A DNA stretch of 39,318 nucleotides from an uncultured Gammaproteobacteria bacterium (GTDB taxonomy: Bacteria > Pseudomonadota > Gammaproteobacteria > Pseudomonadales > UBA5518): the NCBI GenBank assembly GCA_903921135.1, contig CAIXOY010000233.1, forward strand, positions 1-39,318, given 5' to 3'. A model generated the notes under the pieces. It did no database searches. It was not told the DNA's origin and saw only the letters and a list, made by a program, of their open reading frames with translations. This document shows, piece after piece, positions 9,741 through 21,769 of this stretch (its first letter is position 1; each line of letters starts with the position of its first letter). A program made the position numbers and the translations under genes.

Positions 9741-10822
9741 GGAATCCGCTCCTCGATGACCCCACCGCCAAGGCAGTGCTCTCCTTGATAAAACACGACG
9801 TACTGACCCGGCGTCACGGCGCGTTGCGCCTGCTCGAACATCACGGTGCCTTCACCCTCGTCGCATATCGAGAGCGCGCATGGCTGATCTGCCTGCCGAT
9901 AGCGGATGCGTGCGCAGAGTGCGCCCTCCGCCGGCACACCGTCTATCCAATGCAGTCCCGAGCATCGCAACCCCCGGGAGAGCAGGGCAGGGTGCATGCC
10001 TTGCGCCACCACGAGAGTGTTGTTCTCCAGCACCTTGTCCACCACGTACCACGGTTCCTCGGCGAATCCACTGACGCCGCCGATGCCCAGACCCTGACGT
10101 TGGCCGAGTGTGTAGTACATCAGGCCATGATGCTCGCCAAGGAGGCGGCCCTCTGCGCTGCGGATCTCGCCCGGTCGGGCAGGAAGATAGCGTTTGAGGA
10201 AGTCGGCGAAGCGTCGCTCGCCGATGAAACAAATGCCGGTGCTGTCCTTTTTTGCCGCAACACCGAAGCCCTGCTCGCGCGCGATGCTCCGCACCTCGCT
10301 CTTGGGCAATTCGCCGACGGGGAAAAGGCAGCGCTCGAGTTGTGCTCCGGGTACCGCATGCAGAAAATAGGTCTGGTCCTTGCCCGGGTCTTTGCCCGTA
10401 AGCAACCGAACGCGCCCGCCCGAAGTCGAGACCCTCGCGTAGTGTCCGGTCGCAATCATCTGCGCGCCCAGAGTGGCCGCGTACTCCGCAAATACCTTGA
10501 ACTTGATCTCCCGGTTGCAGAGGACGTCGGGGTTGGGTGTCCGTCCTGCCTTGTATTCCGCGAGGAAGTGTTCGAACACGTTGTCCCAGTACTCTGCGGC
10601 GAAATTTGCGGTGTGCAGGCGGATCCCGAGTTGTCTGCAGACCGCTTCGGCGTCGGCAAGGTCTGCCTTGGCCGTGCAGTATTCCGTGTTGTCGTCTTCG
10701 TCCCAGTTCTTCATGAACAGCCCCTCCACCGCGTACCCCTGCTCGCGCAGGAGGTATGCGCTGACGGCGGAGTCCACGCCACCGGAAAGGCCGACGATCA
10801 CCGAGGTGCCTCTGGCTACCAT
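9737..10822 (-). CDS. mnmA: tRNA 2-thiouridylase MnmA
   Basis: SGGVDS PP-loop, [34 protein letters not shown] and AVTPGQ. Confidence 0.98.
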   Translation of the reverse strand: MVARGTSVIVGLSGGVDSAVSAYLLREQGYAVEGLFMKNWDEDDNTEYCTAKADLADAEAVCRQLGIRLHTANFAAEYWDNVFEHFLAEYKAGRTPNPDVLCNREIKFKVFAEYAATLGAQMIATGHYARVSTSGGRVRLLTGKDPGKDQTYFLHAVPGAQLERCLFPVGELPKSEVRSIAREQGFGVAAKKDSTGICFIGERRFADFLKRYLPARPGEIRSAEGRLLGEHHGLMYYTLGQRQGLGIGGVSGFAEEPWYVVDKVLENNTLVVAQGMHPALLSRGLRCSGLHWIDGVPAEGALCARIRYRQADQPCALSICDEGEGTVMFEQAQRAVTPGQYVVFYQGEHCLGGGVIEERIP

Positions 10823-11292
10823 CAGGCACCGGCAGGGTAGAAAAAAGCGTCCACGGGAAACCGGCGGCCTGACCGGTGCTGCTCGATCGTTGCCAGTACG
10901 GACTCGCTGCGCAGTCGGGAAGGATCGGAAACGATCTCCTCATAGCTCATCCAGCGCGGGCCGAGGATGTCCTTGTCCAATGCACGATCGGCGTCATGGC
11001 GCAGGGGCGACGCGAGAAAGCTTGTGCGGTAATAGGTAATGCCCGTGAGCGAGTTGGTGAGGAGAGAGGCGCCGAGCAAAGCCTCGACTTCCACGTGCCA
11101 GCCGGTCTCTTCCAGGGTTTCGCGCACCGCGGCCTCTGTCAGTGTTTCTCCGGGCTCGAGGTGCCCCGCAGGCTGGTTCAATACCGGCTTTCCGGCTTCC
11201 GCGACCTCCTCGACGAGCAGATAGCGTCCGCGATCGAAGACAACGGCCGCTACGGTCACGCGTGGCACCCATGCCCGCAGGTCAATGTTCAT
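10822..11292 (-). CDS. nudJ: NUDIX hydrolase, NudJ/YmfB type
   Basis: [26 protein letters not shown] Nudix box, in the conserved position upstream of mnmA with a 1-nt stop/start overlap. Confidence 0.85.
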   Translation of the reverse strand: MNIDLRAWVPRVTVAAVVFDRGRYLLVEEVAEAGKPVLNQPAGHLEPGETLTEAAVRETLEETGWHVEVEALLGASLLTNSLTGITYYRTSFLASPLRHDADRALDKDILGPRWMSYEEIVSDPSRLRSESVLATIEQHRSGRRFPVDAFFYPAGA

Positions 11293-11304
11293 CCGGAATC
11301 CTCT

Positions 11305-11910
11305 TCAGGGGCGACCATTATGGCCTTTGGGAGGTGCGACCCGCGATGCTTCCCGAAGTGCGTCCGCTGTGACGCTCATCCGCCGCCACTCGCCCGGGCC
11401 GAGTCCCTCGACGCACCACGGGCCCACGCGCCAGCGCACGAGGCGCAGTGTCGGAAAGCCCGCCGCAGCCGTCATCCGCCTGACCTGGCGGTTGCGCCCC
11501 TCGTCCAGCACGATCTCCACCCAACTGGTCGGGATTTTCGCGCGGAAGCGCACGGGCGGTTGTCGCGCCCACAGCGCCGGGGGCGGGATGCAGCGCGCAG
11601 ACACCGCACGCGCGGGTCCGTCGTTCAGCATCACACCCGAGCAGAGCCTTCCGGTTGCCGTCTCATCGATGCTGCCCTCGACCTGAACAAGATAGGTTTT
11701 GGTCAGCTTGTGGCGCGGAGAGGCGATCCGAGCCTGCAGAAGGCCATCGTCGCAGAGCACGAGCAGCCCTTCGGAGTCCGCGTCGAGTCGGCCGGCAGGA
11801 CGAAAGCCGGGCGCGTGCAGCAGCGCCGCGAGGGTGGGGCGCCCAGCCTCGTCGGTGAACTGACTGAGTACCCCGAAGGGCTTGTTCAGGAGGATGATCG
11901 GCGATGCCAC
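11305..11910 (-). CDS. rluE: 23S rRNA pseudouridine synthase RluE-like (RsuA family, no S4 domain)
   Basis: [32 protein letters not shown] and [24 protein letters not shown] start at 11910, divergent from icd as in E. coli. Confidence 0.9.
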   Translation of the reverse strand: MASPIILLNKPFGVLSQFTDEAGRPTLAALLHAPGFRPAGRLDADSEGLLVLCDDGLLQARIASPRHKLTKTYLVQVEGSIDETATGRLCSGVMLNDGPARAVSARCIPPPALWARQPPVRFRAKIPTSWVEIVLDEGRNRQVRRMTAAAGFPTLRLVRWRVGPWCVEGLGPGEWRRMSVTADALREASRVAPPKGHNGRP

Positions 11911-11949
11911 GGATAGTCCGAACGAGGTGCCAGAGGACGGCGGCGGCGA

Positions 11950-11958
11950 TGCTATACT
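11950..11958 (+). promoter_or_regulatory. Extended -10 element (TGCTATACT) for icd
   Basis: TGCTATACT about 60 nt upstream of the ATG at 12020. Confidence 0.55.
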
Positions 11959-12019
11959 CCGGCGCCGCGGGCACGCCAGCGGCCCCGTCGTGTCCTGTCC
12001 ATCTTTCCGGGAGCAATTC

Positions 12020-13273
12020 ATGGCCTACAAGCACATCAAGGTGCCCGCCCAGGGCGAGAAGATCACGGTCAATGCAGACCACTCGCTCAACGTACCTGAC
12101 CATCCGGTCATTCCCTTTATCGAAGGCGATGGCATTGGCGTCGACATCACCCCCGCCATGGTCACGGTCGTCGATGCGGCCGTCGCCAAGGCGTACGGCG
12201 GCAAGCGCCGCATCAGCTGGATGGAGATCTACACCGGCGAAAAGGCGGCCGAGCTGTACGAAGGCGACTGGTTCCCTGCTGAAACACTCGATGCCATCAA
12301 GGAATACGCGGTTTCCATCAAGGGGCCGCTTACCACGCCCGTAGGCGGCGGTTTCCGCTCGCTCAACGTGGCGCTTCGCCAGGAACTGGATCTCTACGTC
12401 TGCCTGCGCCCCGTTCGCTGGTTCGAGGGTGTCCCGTCCCCCGTGCGTGAGCCGGGCAAGACCAACATGGTGATCTTCCGCGAGAACTCTGAAGACATCT
12501 ATGCAGGCATCGAGTGGAAGGCCGGTACGCCTGAGGCCGACAAACTGATCGCGTATCTGCGCGAAGAAATGGGCGTCAAGAAAATCCGTTTCCCCGACAA
12601 CTGCGGCATCGGCATCAAGCCCGTGTCCAAAGAAGGCACGGTTCGACTTGTGCGCCGCGCCATCCAGTACGCCATCGCCCAGGATCTGCCCTCTGTCACC
12701 ATCGTGCACAAGGGCAACATCATGAAATTCACCGAGGGCTCCTTCAAGGAGTGGGGCTATCAGCTCGCCCGCGAGGAGTTCGGTGGGGAACTGCTCGATG
12801 GCGGCCCGTGGGTGAAATTGAAGAACCCGAACACCGGCAAGGACATCATCATCAAGGATGTGATCGCCGACGCCATGCTCCAGCAGGTGCTTCTGCGACC
12901 GGACGAATACAGCGTTATCGCCACGCTGAACCTGAACGGTGATTACCTCTCGGATGCGCTTGCCGCGCAGGTCGGCGGTATCGGTATCGCACCCGGTGCC
13001 AACCTGAGTGACACGGTGGCCCTGTTCGAGGCCACCCACGGCACGGCACCCAAGTATGCGGGTCAGGACAAGGTGAACCCCGGTTCGCTCATCCTCTCGG
13101 CCGAGATGATGCTCCGTCACATCGGCTGGAATGAGGCGGCTGACCTGATCATCAAGGGAATGAACGGTGCGATCCAGGCGCGCACGGTGACCTATGACTT
13201 CGAGCGCCTGATGGAAGGTGCGACGCTGCTGAAGTGCTCCGAGTTCGGCAACGCCGTCGTCAAGCACATGTAA
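12020..13273 (+). CDS. icd: NADP-dependent isocitrate dehydrogenase (dimeric)
   Basis: [27 protein letters not shown] (AceK phospho-Ser context), HKGNIMK, NLNGDY and [12 protein letters not shown]. Start MAYKHIKVP after GGGAG. Confidence 0.98.
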   Translation: MAYKHIKVPAQGEKITVNADHSLNVPDHPVIPFIEGDGIGVDITPAMVTVVDAAVAKAYGGKRRISWMEIYTGEKAAELYEGDWFPAETLDAIKEYAVSIKGPLTTPVGGGFRSLNVALRQELDLYVCLRPVRWFEGVPSPVREPGKTNMVIFRENSEDIYAGIEWKAGTPEADKLIAYLREEMGVKKIRFPDNCGIGIKPVSKEGTVRLVRRAIQYAIAQDLPSVTIVHKGNIMKFTEGSFKEWGYQLAREEFGGELLDGGPWVKLKNPNTGKDIIIKDVIADAMLQQVLLRPDEYSVIATLNLNGDYLSDALAAQVGGIGIAPGANLSDTVALFEATHGTAPKYAGQDKVNPGSLILSAEMMLRHIGWNEAADLIIKGMNGAIQARTVTYDFERLMEGATLLKCSEFGNAVVKHM

Positions 13274-13284
13274 CCGGCCATGCT

Positions 13285-13312
13285 CACGCCGCCCGGGTTG
13301 CCGGGCGGCGTG
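13285..13312. terminator. 12-bp GC hairpin between convergent icd and cspD
   Basis: CACGCCGCCCGG-GTTG-CCGGGCGGCGTG perfect stem, with no clear U-tract. Confidence 0.6.
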
Positions 13313-13318
13313 GCAGCC

Positions 13319-13552
13319 TCAGACCGAGAACGCCGAAACCGACAGTCCTTCCAGAGCCTGTATCGCAACGGCATGCATGCCCTTGGGGCCTGCCTCGACC
13401 TCGAACTTCACCGGTTGCCCGGCCTTCAGGGTCTTGTAGCCTTCCATCACGATGGCGGAGTAGTGGGCGAACACATCACCGCTGCCCTCATCAGGCAGGA
13501 TGAAGCCGTAGCCCTTAGCATTGTTGAACCACTTGACGATGCCCGTATGCAT
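13319..13552 (-). CDS. cspD: Cold-shock-domain protein CspD
   Basis: [35 protein letters not shown] and GPKGMHA. Divergent from clpS. Confidence 0.93.
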   Translation of the reverse strand: MHTGIVKWFNNAKGYGFILPDEGSGDVFAHYSAIVMEGYKTLKAGQPVKFEVEAGPKGMHAVAIQALEGLSVSAFSV

Positions 13553-13772
13553 GGCTTCGATCCCAGTGCCCGTATCGGGCAGCACTTGTTGTCGTTATGT
13601 GAGTCACGGTCATCAGTGCCATGACTGTGTTCTTTTTTTAGCCGACGTAGCGAGGGTGAGTCAAGCGTGCCTGCTCCCTCGTTTCGTCTTGTGCCAGCAG
13701 GCGATCCATGAAAGAGTCTCGTTGCGTATGGGGTGTTGTGTGAAAACCGGGATGTGCAGGCTGGATGTGGCG

Positions 13773-14117
13773 ATGGAACCCAGAGCTCAGGCTCAGAAGA
13801 CCGCTCCCGGGCGTGAAGGGGATCTGCTGGTCCAGGATTCCAAGCCGGAGCTCAAGCGCCCGCCCATGTTCCAGGTCGTCATGTTGAATGACGACTACAC
13901 GCCGATGGAGTTCGTCGTTGAGGTGTTGCAGCATTTCTTCGGCATGGGCCGTGAGCAGGCAACCCGCATCATGCTCGCGGTGCACACCGAAGGCCGCGCC
14001 GCTTGCGGGACCTACCCCCGCGACATCGCCGAAACCAAGGCGGCACAGGTGAATCGCTATGCGCGCGAGCACCAGCACCCGCTTCTGTGCGAAATCGAGG
14101 CCGCCGGGGATGCCTGA
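13773..14117 (+). CDS. clpS: N-degron adaptor ClpS (start could be 13752)
   Basis: [35 protein letters not shown] and HPLLC. Confidence 0.96.
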   Translation: MEPRAQAQKTAPGREGDLLVQDSKPELKRPPMFQVVMLNDDYTPMEFVVEVLQHFFGMGREQATRIMLAVHTEGRAACGTYPRDIAETKAAQVNRYAREHQHPLLCEIEAAGDA

Positions 14118-14182
14118 TTCAGGCCTTCCGTGGGCAACAACGTGGTCGATGTCGGGGCAGTCCCCAGATCAGGAGAGCCTGG

Positions 14183-16459
14183 ATGCTTAGCAAGGACCTG
14201 GAGTTCAATCTCAATTCTGCCTTCAAGCAGGCACGTGCGCGCCGGCACGAATACATGACAGTCGAGCACTTGTTGCTGGCTCTTCTGGAAAACGAGGCGG
14301 CAACCAAGGTACTGCGTGCATGCGGTGCTGATCTGCGCGTACTGGGTGGAGAACTCTCCGAGTTCGTCGAGACGACCACGCCCGTCATACCCGAGTCCGA
14401 TGCAGACCGGGAAACCGAACCCACGCTCGGGTTCCAGCGCGTTCTGCAACGCGCCGTCTTCCATGTACAGTCATCGGGCAAGACCGAGGTGACAGGTGCG
14501 AACGTTCTGGTGGCGCTCTTCAGCGAGCAGGAAAGCCAGGCGGTTTTCCTACTGAAGAAGCAGAACATCGCCCGTATCGATGTGGTCAACTTCATCACGC
14601 ATGGCATCTCCAAGGTCTCGGACAATCCCCGCCCGGGCGCGTCCGAAGGCAACACGGAAGAGGAGTCGCAGGCGGCATCTGCTGAAGGCGAGTCCAGCCC
14701 GCTGCAGAGTTATGCCACCAACCTGAATGACGAGGCGAAGGCAGGCCGCATAGACCCGCTGGTGGGGCGTGCGGTCGAAATCGAGCGCGTATCCCAGATC
14801 CTCGTTCGCCGGCGCAAGAACAACCCCTTGCTGGTCGGTGAATCCGGCGTGGGCAAGACTGCCATCGCTGAGGGCCTGGCCAAGCGCATCGTGGATGGTG
14901 AGGTGCCGGACGTCCTCCTGTCGGGCGTGGTGTACTCCCTGGATCTGGGATCCCTGCTGGCAGGCACGAAGTACCGGGGTGATTTCGAGAAGCGTCTCAA
15001 GGGGCTTCTCGCGGAGTTGAAGAAGAAAAAGAACGCCATCCTCTTCATCGACGAGATTCACACCATCATCGGTGCCGGTGCGGCATCCGGCGGGGTGATG
15101 GATGCTTCGAACCTGCTCAAGCCGCTTCTCAGTTCCGGAGAGATACGCTGCATCGGCTCCACGACTTTCCAGGAATTCCGTGGCATCTTCGACAAGGATC
15201 GCGCGCTCAGCCGCCGCTTCCAGAAGGTGGACGTGAACGAGCCGAGCGTGGATGAGACCTTCGAAATCCTGAAGGGGCTGCGCAAGCGCTTCGAGGAGCA
15301 TTACGGTCTGCGGTACAGCACGGCGGCGCTCAAGACCGCAGCCGAACTCTCTGCACGCTACATCACTGACCGTTTTCTCCCCGACAAGGCCATTGACGTC
15401 ATAGACGAGGCAGGCGCCTACCAGCGCTTGCAGCCTGAATCGCGCCGGAAAAAACTCCTTGGCGTGAAGGAAATGGAAGAGATCGTCGCGAAGATCGCAC
15501 GGATTCCCCCGCGCAACGTGTCTGCCTCCGACAAGGAGTCACTCCGCACGCTGGAAGACGATCTGCGCAGCGCCGTCTTCGGTCAGGACGCTGCGATGCA
15601 CGCATTGGCGACGGCCGTGAAGCTGTCAAGAGCGGGTTTGAAGACGCCGGAGAAGCCCATCGGTTGCTTCCTGTTCGCGGGGCCCACTGGCGTCGGCAAG
15701 ACCGAGGCGAGCCGGCAACTGGCCAAAACGCTTGGTCTGGAACTCATCCGCTTCGACATGTCCGAATACATGGAGCGCCACACCGTGTCGCGCTTGATCG
15801 GTGCCCCTCCCGGCTATGTCGGCTTTGACCAGGGTGGGCTGCTGACAGATGCCGTCACCAAGCACCCTCACAGCGTCTTGTTGCTGGACGAAGTCGAGAA
15901 GGCGCACCCCGAAGTCTTCAACCTGCTGCTGCAGGTGATGGATCACGGCACTCTCACCGACAACAACGGCCGCAAGGCGGACTTCCGGAACACGGTTCTC
16001 GTCATGACAACGAATGCGGGTGCCGAGCAGATGAGCAGATCTTCGATCGGTTTCGTCGAGCAGGACCAGAGCACTGACGGCATGGAGGCCGTGAAGAAGA
16101 TGTTCACGCCCGAATTCCGCAACCGTCTGGACTCCATCATCCAGTTCAGCCCGCTCGGTAAAGAGGTGGTTCGGAAGGTGGTAAGCAAGTTCGTGGCTGA
16201 GTTGCAGGCACAGATCGCGGATCGCAAGGTCAGGATCGAGATCGACGATGCAGCCTGCGATTGGCTGGTCGAGAGGGGCTACGACGAGCGGATGGGCGCC
16301 CGCCCGATGGCGAGAGTGATCCAGGAGCACATCAAGAAGCCGCTGGCAGAGATACTGCTGTTCGGCTCGCTCGAGAAAAGTGCCGGCGTTGTAACGGTGA
16401 GCGTGGAGGACGGAGAGCTCGTCGTGCTTGCCGAGTCGGCCGAGGCCGTGGAGGCCTGA
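14183..16459 (+). CDS. clpA: ATP-dependent Clp protease ATP-binding subunit ClpA (758 aa)
   Basis: AGGAG RBS then MLSKDLE; HEYMTVEHLLL, two Walker A motifs (GESGVGKT, GPTGVGKT) and the IGF ClpP-docking loop. Confidence 0.98.
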   Translation: MLSKDLEFNLNSAFKQARARRHEYMTVEHLLLALLENEAATKVLRACGADLRVLGGELSEFVETTTPVIPESDADRETEPTLGFQRVLQRAVFHVQSSGKTEVTGANVLVALFSEQESQAVFLLKKQNIARIDVVNFITHGISKVSDNPRPGASEGNTEEESQAASAEGESSPLQSYATNLNDEAKAGRIDPLVGRAVEIERVSQILVRRRKNNPLLVGESGVGKTAIAEGLAKRIVDGEVPDVLLSGVVYSLDLGSLLAGTKYRGDFEKRLKGLLAELKKKKNAILFIDEIHTIIGAGAASGGVMDASNLLKPLLSSGEIRCIGSTTFQEFRGIFDKDRALSRRFQKVDVNEPSVDETFEILKGLRKRFEEHYGLRYSTAALKTAAELSARYITDRFLPDKAIDVIDEAGAYQRLQPESRRKKLLGVKEMEEIVAKIARIPPRNVSASDKESLRTLEDDLRSAVFGQDAAMHALATAVKLSRAGLKTPEKPIGCFLFAGPTGVGKTEASRQLAKTLGLELIRFDMSEYMERHTVSRLIGAPPGYVGFDQGGLLTDAVTKHPHSVLLLDEVEKAHPEVFNLLLQVMDHGTLTDNNGRKADFRNTVLVMTTNAGAEQMSRSSIGFVEQDQSTDGMEAVKKMFTPEFRNRLDSIIQFSPLGKEVVRKVVSKFVAELQAQIADRKVRIEIDDAACDWLVERGYDERMGARPMARVIQEHIKKPLAEILLFGSLEKSAGVVTVSVEDGELVVLAESAEAVEA

Positions 16460-16464
16460 GAAAG

Positions 16465-16490
16465 GGAAAATGGGGCGGGCCCCATTTTCC
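16465..16490. terminator. Hairpin between convergent clpA and infA, probably a bidirectional intrinsic terminator
   Basis: GGAAAATGGGG-CGGG-CCCCATTTTCC, an 11-bp perfect stem containing A4/T4 runs. Confidence 0.75.
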
Positions 16491-16498
16491 TGCTGCGG

Positions 16499-16717
16499 TC
16501 AGCGCTCGCGGAAGGTGATGCGTCCCTTGCTGAGGTCGTAGGGCGTCAGTTCGACCTTGACCTTGTCTCCGGTGAGGATGCGGATGTAGTGCTTGCGCAT
16601 CTTTCCGCTGATATGGGCTATCACCACATGACCGTTCTCGAGGCGTACCTTGAACGTCGTGTTGGGCAGGGTGTCTACCACCTCGCCATCCATCTCGAGA
16701 ACGTCTTCCTTCGCCAT
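16499..16717 (-). CDS. infA: Translation initiation factor IF-1
   Basis: 72 aa, [11 protein letters not shown]...[15 protein letters not shown]...[31 protein letters not shown]. Confidence 0.99.
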   Translation of the reverse strand: MAKEDVLEMDGEVVDTLPNTTFKVRLENGHVVIAHISGKMRKHYIRILTGDKVKVELTPYDLSKGRITFRER

Positions 16718-16799
16718 CCGGCCTCACTCATGCAGTTTGGGGCGGGCCGGATTCTGCCCTATCGGCCGTACAAATAGGAAGGGCAAAGACTGTTCTTTG

Positions 16800-17519
16800 T
16801 CAGTCGACCCTGACCCAGTGGCCGTTGGTCAGCAGTTCTATTGGTCTGTAGCGGGTCTTGTAGTTCATCTTCCGGCAGTTGCGTATCCAGTAGCCGAGAT
16901 AGACGGCCGGCAGTTCCAGCTCCCTTGCGAGTTCTATCTGCCAGAGGATGACGAAGCTGCCCAGACTGCGCGATGACGTCTCCGGTTCGTAGAACGTGTA
17001 GATCGCCGAGATCCCGTTATCGAGGCGGTCCAGTACCGCCACTGCCAGCAATCGTTCGTGCTCGCGGAATTCCACGAAACGTGTGGCTCCCCACTCGCGC
17101 GTGAGGAAGGAATTGAATTGCTCCCGATCCGGCGGGTACATATCGCCGTCGCGGTGACGTCCGCAGATGTAGCGGCTGTAGAGGTCGAAGTGTTCGTCGG
17201 AGGAGATGTCCTCGACGACCTCGACGCGGAGGTCCTTGTTCCGGCTCAGGATGCGTCGTTGGCTACGGTTCGGGCTGAAGCCGGCGACGGGTACCCGGGC
17301 AGGCACGCAGGCGTTGCATGTGGCGCAGTGCGGGCGGTAGAGGTGCGGGCCGCTGCGCCGGAAACCGATGTAGGACAGCTGGCTGTAGATGCGCGCGTCG
17401 ATCGGCGTGCTCGGGTCGACGAACAGGGTGGTTGCCTGCTCGCCGGGCAGGTAACTGCAGTTGTGGGGGTAAGTGGCGAAGACGCGTACGTTCGCCAGCA
17501 AGGTCACCGGGTTGCCCAT
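16800..17519 (-). CDS. bpt: ATE1-homologous aminoacyl-tRNA-protein transferase (Bpt / 'arginyl-transferase')
   Basis: [41 protein letters not shown] and YLGYWI..C.KMNYK. Directly downstream of aat. Confidence 0.92.
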   Translation of the reverse strand: MGNPVTLLANVRVFATYPHNCSYLPGEQATTLFVDPSTPIDARIYSQLSYIGFRRSGPHLYRPHCATCNACVPARVPVAGFSPNRSQRRILSRNKDLRVEVVEDISSDEHFDLYSRYICGRHRDGDMYPPDREQFNSFLTREWGATRFVEFREHERLLAVAVLDRLDNGISAIYTFYEPETSSRSLGSFVILWQIELARELELPAVYLGYWIRNCRKMNYKTRYRPIELLTNGHWVRVD

Positions 17520-18223
17520 GCCTCGTCGTCGGCGCTCCGCTCAAGGTGCCAGGGTGCTTCCACGCCCGGCAGATCGATATTGAAAGCTAATATATCCCGA
17601 AACTCCGCCCGAGGGATGCAGCGGGAACCGAAGCGCCGCATGTGCTCCGTGTCCTGCTGGCAATCGATCACCGCGAAGCCCCAGTCACGGAGCTGTACGG
17701 CCAGATGGGCGAAGCCGATCTTCGAGGCATCAGCCGCGCGTGCGAACATGGACTCGCCGAAGAACACGCGCCCCAACGCTACGCCATAGAGCCCGCCCAC
17801 CAGTTCAGATCCTGACCAGACTTCCACCGAGTGCGCGATGCCGGCGCGGTGCAGCTTCGAGTAGGCAGCGCGCATCCGGTCACCGATCCATGTGCCGGAG
17901 TGACCTTCCCGTAGTTCTGCACAGCCCGAAATCACTGCGTCGAAGGCAGTGTCGGCCGTCACACGGTAAGGAGCCTGGCGCAGGCGCTTGCGCAGGCTTC
18001 GATGCAAATGCAGTTCGGCGGGAAAGATCACGGCACGCGGATCGGTGGACCACCACAGGATCTCTTCCGGCTCCGAGAACCAGGGAAAGATGCCCCGGCG
18101 GTACGCAGCTACAAGCCGAGCGACCGACAGATCACCCCCGATCGCAAGAAGTCCCGCAGGTGTTGTCAGCGCGTCTTCGAGCGGTGGAAACCACCGGGGG
18201 TCGGCGCCAAGCTGGTGAATCAC
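17504..18223 (-). CDS. aat: Leucyl/phenylalanyl-tRNA-protein transferase
   Basis: [44 protein letters not shown] and DASK. Start placed at the GTG at 18223. Confidence 0.95.
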   Translation of the reverse strand: MIHQLGADPRWFPPLEDALTTPAGLLAIGGDLSVARLVAAYRRGIFPWFSEPEEILWWSTDPRAVIFPAELHLHRSLRKRLRQAPYRVTADTAFDAVISGCAELREGHSGTWIGDRMRAAYSKLHRAGIAHSVEVWSGSELVGGLYGVALGRVFFGESMFARAADASKIGFAHLAVQLRDWGFAVIDCQQDTEHMRRFGSRCIPRAEFRDILAFNIDLPGVEAPWHLERSADDEAWATR

Positions 18224-18243
18224 GCGCAAGAGGAGTCCGCTTC

Positions 18244-19212
<969 letters not shown>

Positions 19213-19336
19213 TCAAGGGCTTGTGAGGACGCGCGAGGCTGCGGGCAGAAGTCGGAATAGCGCCTATACTTCCGGACGCGCGGCTCTCGGGCCGGGCTTC
19301 AAGTGTAATTGAATCACCCTCCCGGAGCAGTAAGGC

Positions 19337-21745
19337 GTGTCGAGAACGCGAGGCGCATCACTCATCCAGACACGCTCTGGACCCACGCCCCTGCAGCACG
19401 GCATGCGTGAAGGGGTGGTGATCGGATTGCTCACGCTTGCGGCCTATCTTCTCCTTGCCATCAGCACGTTCAGCGTCAGCGATCCGGGTTGGTCCTCGAC
19501 CGGTACGGGGGCCGCGATCCTGAACGCTGGCGGTGCCACCGGCGCCTGGGTGGCGGACGTGCTGCTGTCTCTCTTCGGCAACGTGTCCTACATGCTTCCC
19601 CTTTTGCTGGGGTTCCGGGCCTGGGTCCTGCTTCGCGACCGCGAGCAGCCCTTCGAGGTCGATTGGCTCGTCATCTCGATTCGGGGCGTCGGTTGCGTCC
19701 TCGTCGTCGTTGCAGCAACCGGCATCCTTGCGATTCGCGGGAGCGAAGGCTCGCTTCTCCCGTTCGGGGTTGGCGGCATGCTGGGAGAAACGATTGCGTC
19801 TGTGTGCCTCGCAGCCTTCGGACTTGCGGGCAGCGAACTGCTGCTCGTGGCACTGCTCCTCTTCGGTCTCACCATCTTCACCGACCTCTCCTGGGTCTGG
19901 CTCGCGGAACGCACGGGCGCACATACCCTGGTCTGGCTTGGAAAGGCGAACGTGTGGCTGCGCGCTCGGCTCGAAGAGCGGCGCAGCCTTTACCGGCCAG
20001 ATACAGAAAGGGAAGAGCCCGTAGTGCAGCGGGTGCCCGTGACACCCGAACCGGAGCGCAAACGCCGTCTGCGCCGCGAACCCCAGATCGATGAATCCGC
20101 CACGCCGGTTGCGGTAGTGGAGGCACAGGAGCCCGTGATCCATGTCGCGGCGCCGAAACGCAAGGAGCCGGGCGAACGGGTACTGCGTGAGAAGCAGGGC
20201 GCGCTGTTCAGCCCGCCTGCCGGCATTGGCGGGCTGCCTCCGCTAGCCCTGCTCGACATGGCCGACAAGTCGAAGCGCAAGGGGTACTCCACCGAAGCGC
20301 TCGAGGGCTTGTCACGGCTTCTCGAAATCAAGCTTCTGGACTTCGGCATCGAGGCCAAGGTCGTTGAAGTACACCCCGGGCCGGTGATCACCCGCTTCGA
20401 GATCCAGCCTGCGGCCGGCGTCAAAGTGAGCCGCATCAGCAATCTGGTGAAGGATCTCGCGCGCTCGCTCGCAGTGGTGAGCGTTCGTGTGGTCGAGGTG
20501 ATACCCGGGAAACCCGTCGTCGGCATCGAGATCCCCAACGAGGATCGCGAGACCGTGCTGCTCGGAGACGTGCTCGCGTCGCGCGCCTACGAGGCTTCCC
20601 GGTCGCCGCTCTCGCTCGCGCTCGGCTATGACATTTCCGGCGAGCCCATGGTGGTAGACCTTGCCCGCATGCCGCATTTGCTGGTCGCCGGCACCACGGG
20701 TTCGGGCAAATCGGTGGGCGTCAACGCGATGCTGCTCAGCCTTCTGTACAAATCGACTGCAGAGGATGTGCGCCTCATCCTTGTCGATCCGAAAATGCTG
20801 GAGCTGTCGGTCTACGAGGGCATTCCGCACTTGCTGACGCCTGTCATCACCGACATGAAAGATGCAGCCAACGGACTGCGGTGGTGCGTCGCGGAGATGG
20901 AGCGTCGGTACAAGCTGATGGCTGCCATGGGCGTGCGCAACCTGGCTGGCTTCAATCGCAAGATCAGCGATGCCAAAGAGGCAGGCACGCCGATCTTCGA
21001 TCCGTTCTGGAAGCCCGAGCCCACCGTATTCGTCCCCGAGGACGAGCAGGTCGCTCCTGCGCTTGAGCCCCTGCCCGCGATCGTCGTGGTGATAGACGAG
21101 TTCGCCGACATGATGATGATCGTCGGCAAGAAGGTCGAGGAGCTGATCGCACGCATCGCGCAAAAGGCGCGTGCCGCGGGCATTCACCTGATCCTTGCCA
21201 CGCAGCGTCCCTCCGTTGACGTGATCACCGGCCTGATCAAGGCGAACATTCCCACCCGCATGGCCTTCCAGGTGTCCTCCAAGATCGATTCGCGCACGAT
21301 CCTCGATCAGGGCGGCGCGGAACAGCTGCTCGGGCATGGCGACATGCTCTATCTGCCCCCTGGCAGCGGCGTCCCCATCCGGGTCCACGGTGCCTTCGTC
21401 TCGGATGCTGAAGTGCATCGTGTGGTCGCCGAACTTCGCCAGCAGAGCGGCGGGCCGAATTACCTGCCCGGCATCCTCGAGGAGGGCAGCAGTTCTCCCT
21501 CCGCACTGCTTCCCGGTGAGAGTTCCTCCGAGGACGACCCCGAGGGCGACGGTCTTTATGACGAAGCCGTGCGTTTCGTGACCGAGAGCCGCAAGGCCTC
21601 GATCTCGGCCGTGCAGCGCAAACTGCGCATCGGCTACAATCGCGCCGCCCGGATGATCGAGGCCATGGAGGCCGCCGGTGTCGTCAGCGCGATGAACAGC
21701 AACGGCGGCCGTGAGGTCCTGGCACCGCCCCCGCCGTCGGGCTGA
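19337..21745 (+). CDS. ftsK: DNA translocase FtsK
   Basis: N-terminal TM domain (DPGW, N.GG..GAW), short linker, motor domain ([27 protein letters not shown]) and gamma domain ([13 protein letters not shown]). Confidence 0.97.
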   Translation: MSRTRGASLIQTRSGPTPLQHGMREGVVIGLLTLAAYLLLAISTFSVSDPGWSSTGTGAAILNAGGATGAWVADVLLSLFGNVSYMLPLLLGFRAWVLLRDREQPFEVDWLVISIRGVGCVLVVVAATGILAIRGSEGSLLPFGVGGMLGETIASVCLAAFGLAGSELLLVALLLFGLTIFTDLSWVWLAERTGAHTLVWLGKANVWLRARLEERRSLYRPDTEREEPVVQRVPVTPEPERKRRLRREPQIDESATPVAVVEAQEPVIHVAAPKRKEPGERVLREKQGALFSPPAGIGGLPPLALLDMADKSKRKGYSTEALEGLSRLLEIKLLDFGIEAKVVEVHPGPVITRFEIQPAAGVKVSRISNLVKDLARSLAVVSVRVVEVIPGKPVVGIEIPNEDRETVLLGDVLASRAYEASRSPLSLALGYDISGEPMVVDLARMPHLLVAGTTGSGKSVGVNAMLLSLLYKSTAEDVRLILVDPKMLELSVYEGIPHLLTPVITDMKDAANGLRWCVAEMERRYKLMAAMGVRNLAGFNRKISDAKEAGTPIFDPFWKPEPTVFVPEDEQVAPALEPLPAIVVVIDEFADMMMIVGKKVEELIARIAQKARAAGIHLILATQRPSVDVITGLIKANIPTRMAFQVSSKIDSRTILDQGGAEQLLGHGDMLYLPPGSGVPIRVHGAFVSDAEVHRVVAELRQQSGGPNYLPGILEEGSSSPSALLPGESSSEDDPEGDGLYDEAVRFVTESRKASISAVQRKLRIGYNRAARMIEAMEAAGVVSAMNSNGGREVLAPPPPSG

Positions 21746-21769
21746 GGGCCCACCACAGGTGCTTCTGCC

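Noticed and set aside
11663-13267. 534-aa ORF antisense to icd (likewise 9635-10840, 20312-22003, 28966-30081 and 31023-32138)
   Set aside because: Codon-register antisense frames stay open in high-GC3 genes. They have no motifs and the typical shadow composition.
13200-13320. icd 3' end as a prophage integration site (e14/phage 21 precedent); hflD nearby
   Set aside because: No duplicated icd 3' end, integrase or phage gene; cspD follows directly. hflD is a host gene.
13521-14182. Long N-terminal extensions on ClpS and ClpA (also icd, serS, gor, aat, rluE and prc) in the ORF track
   Set aside because: Artefacts of longest-ORF calling; downstream starts give family-typical N-termini and lengths, most with a clear RBS.
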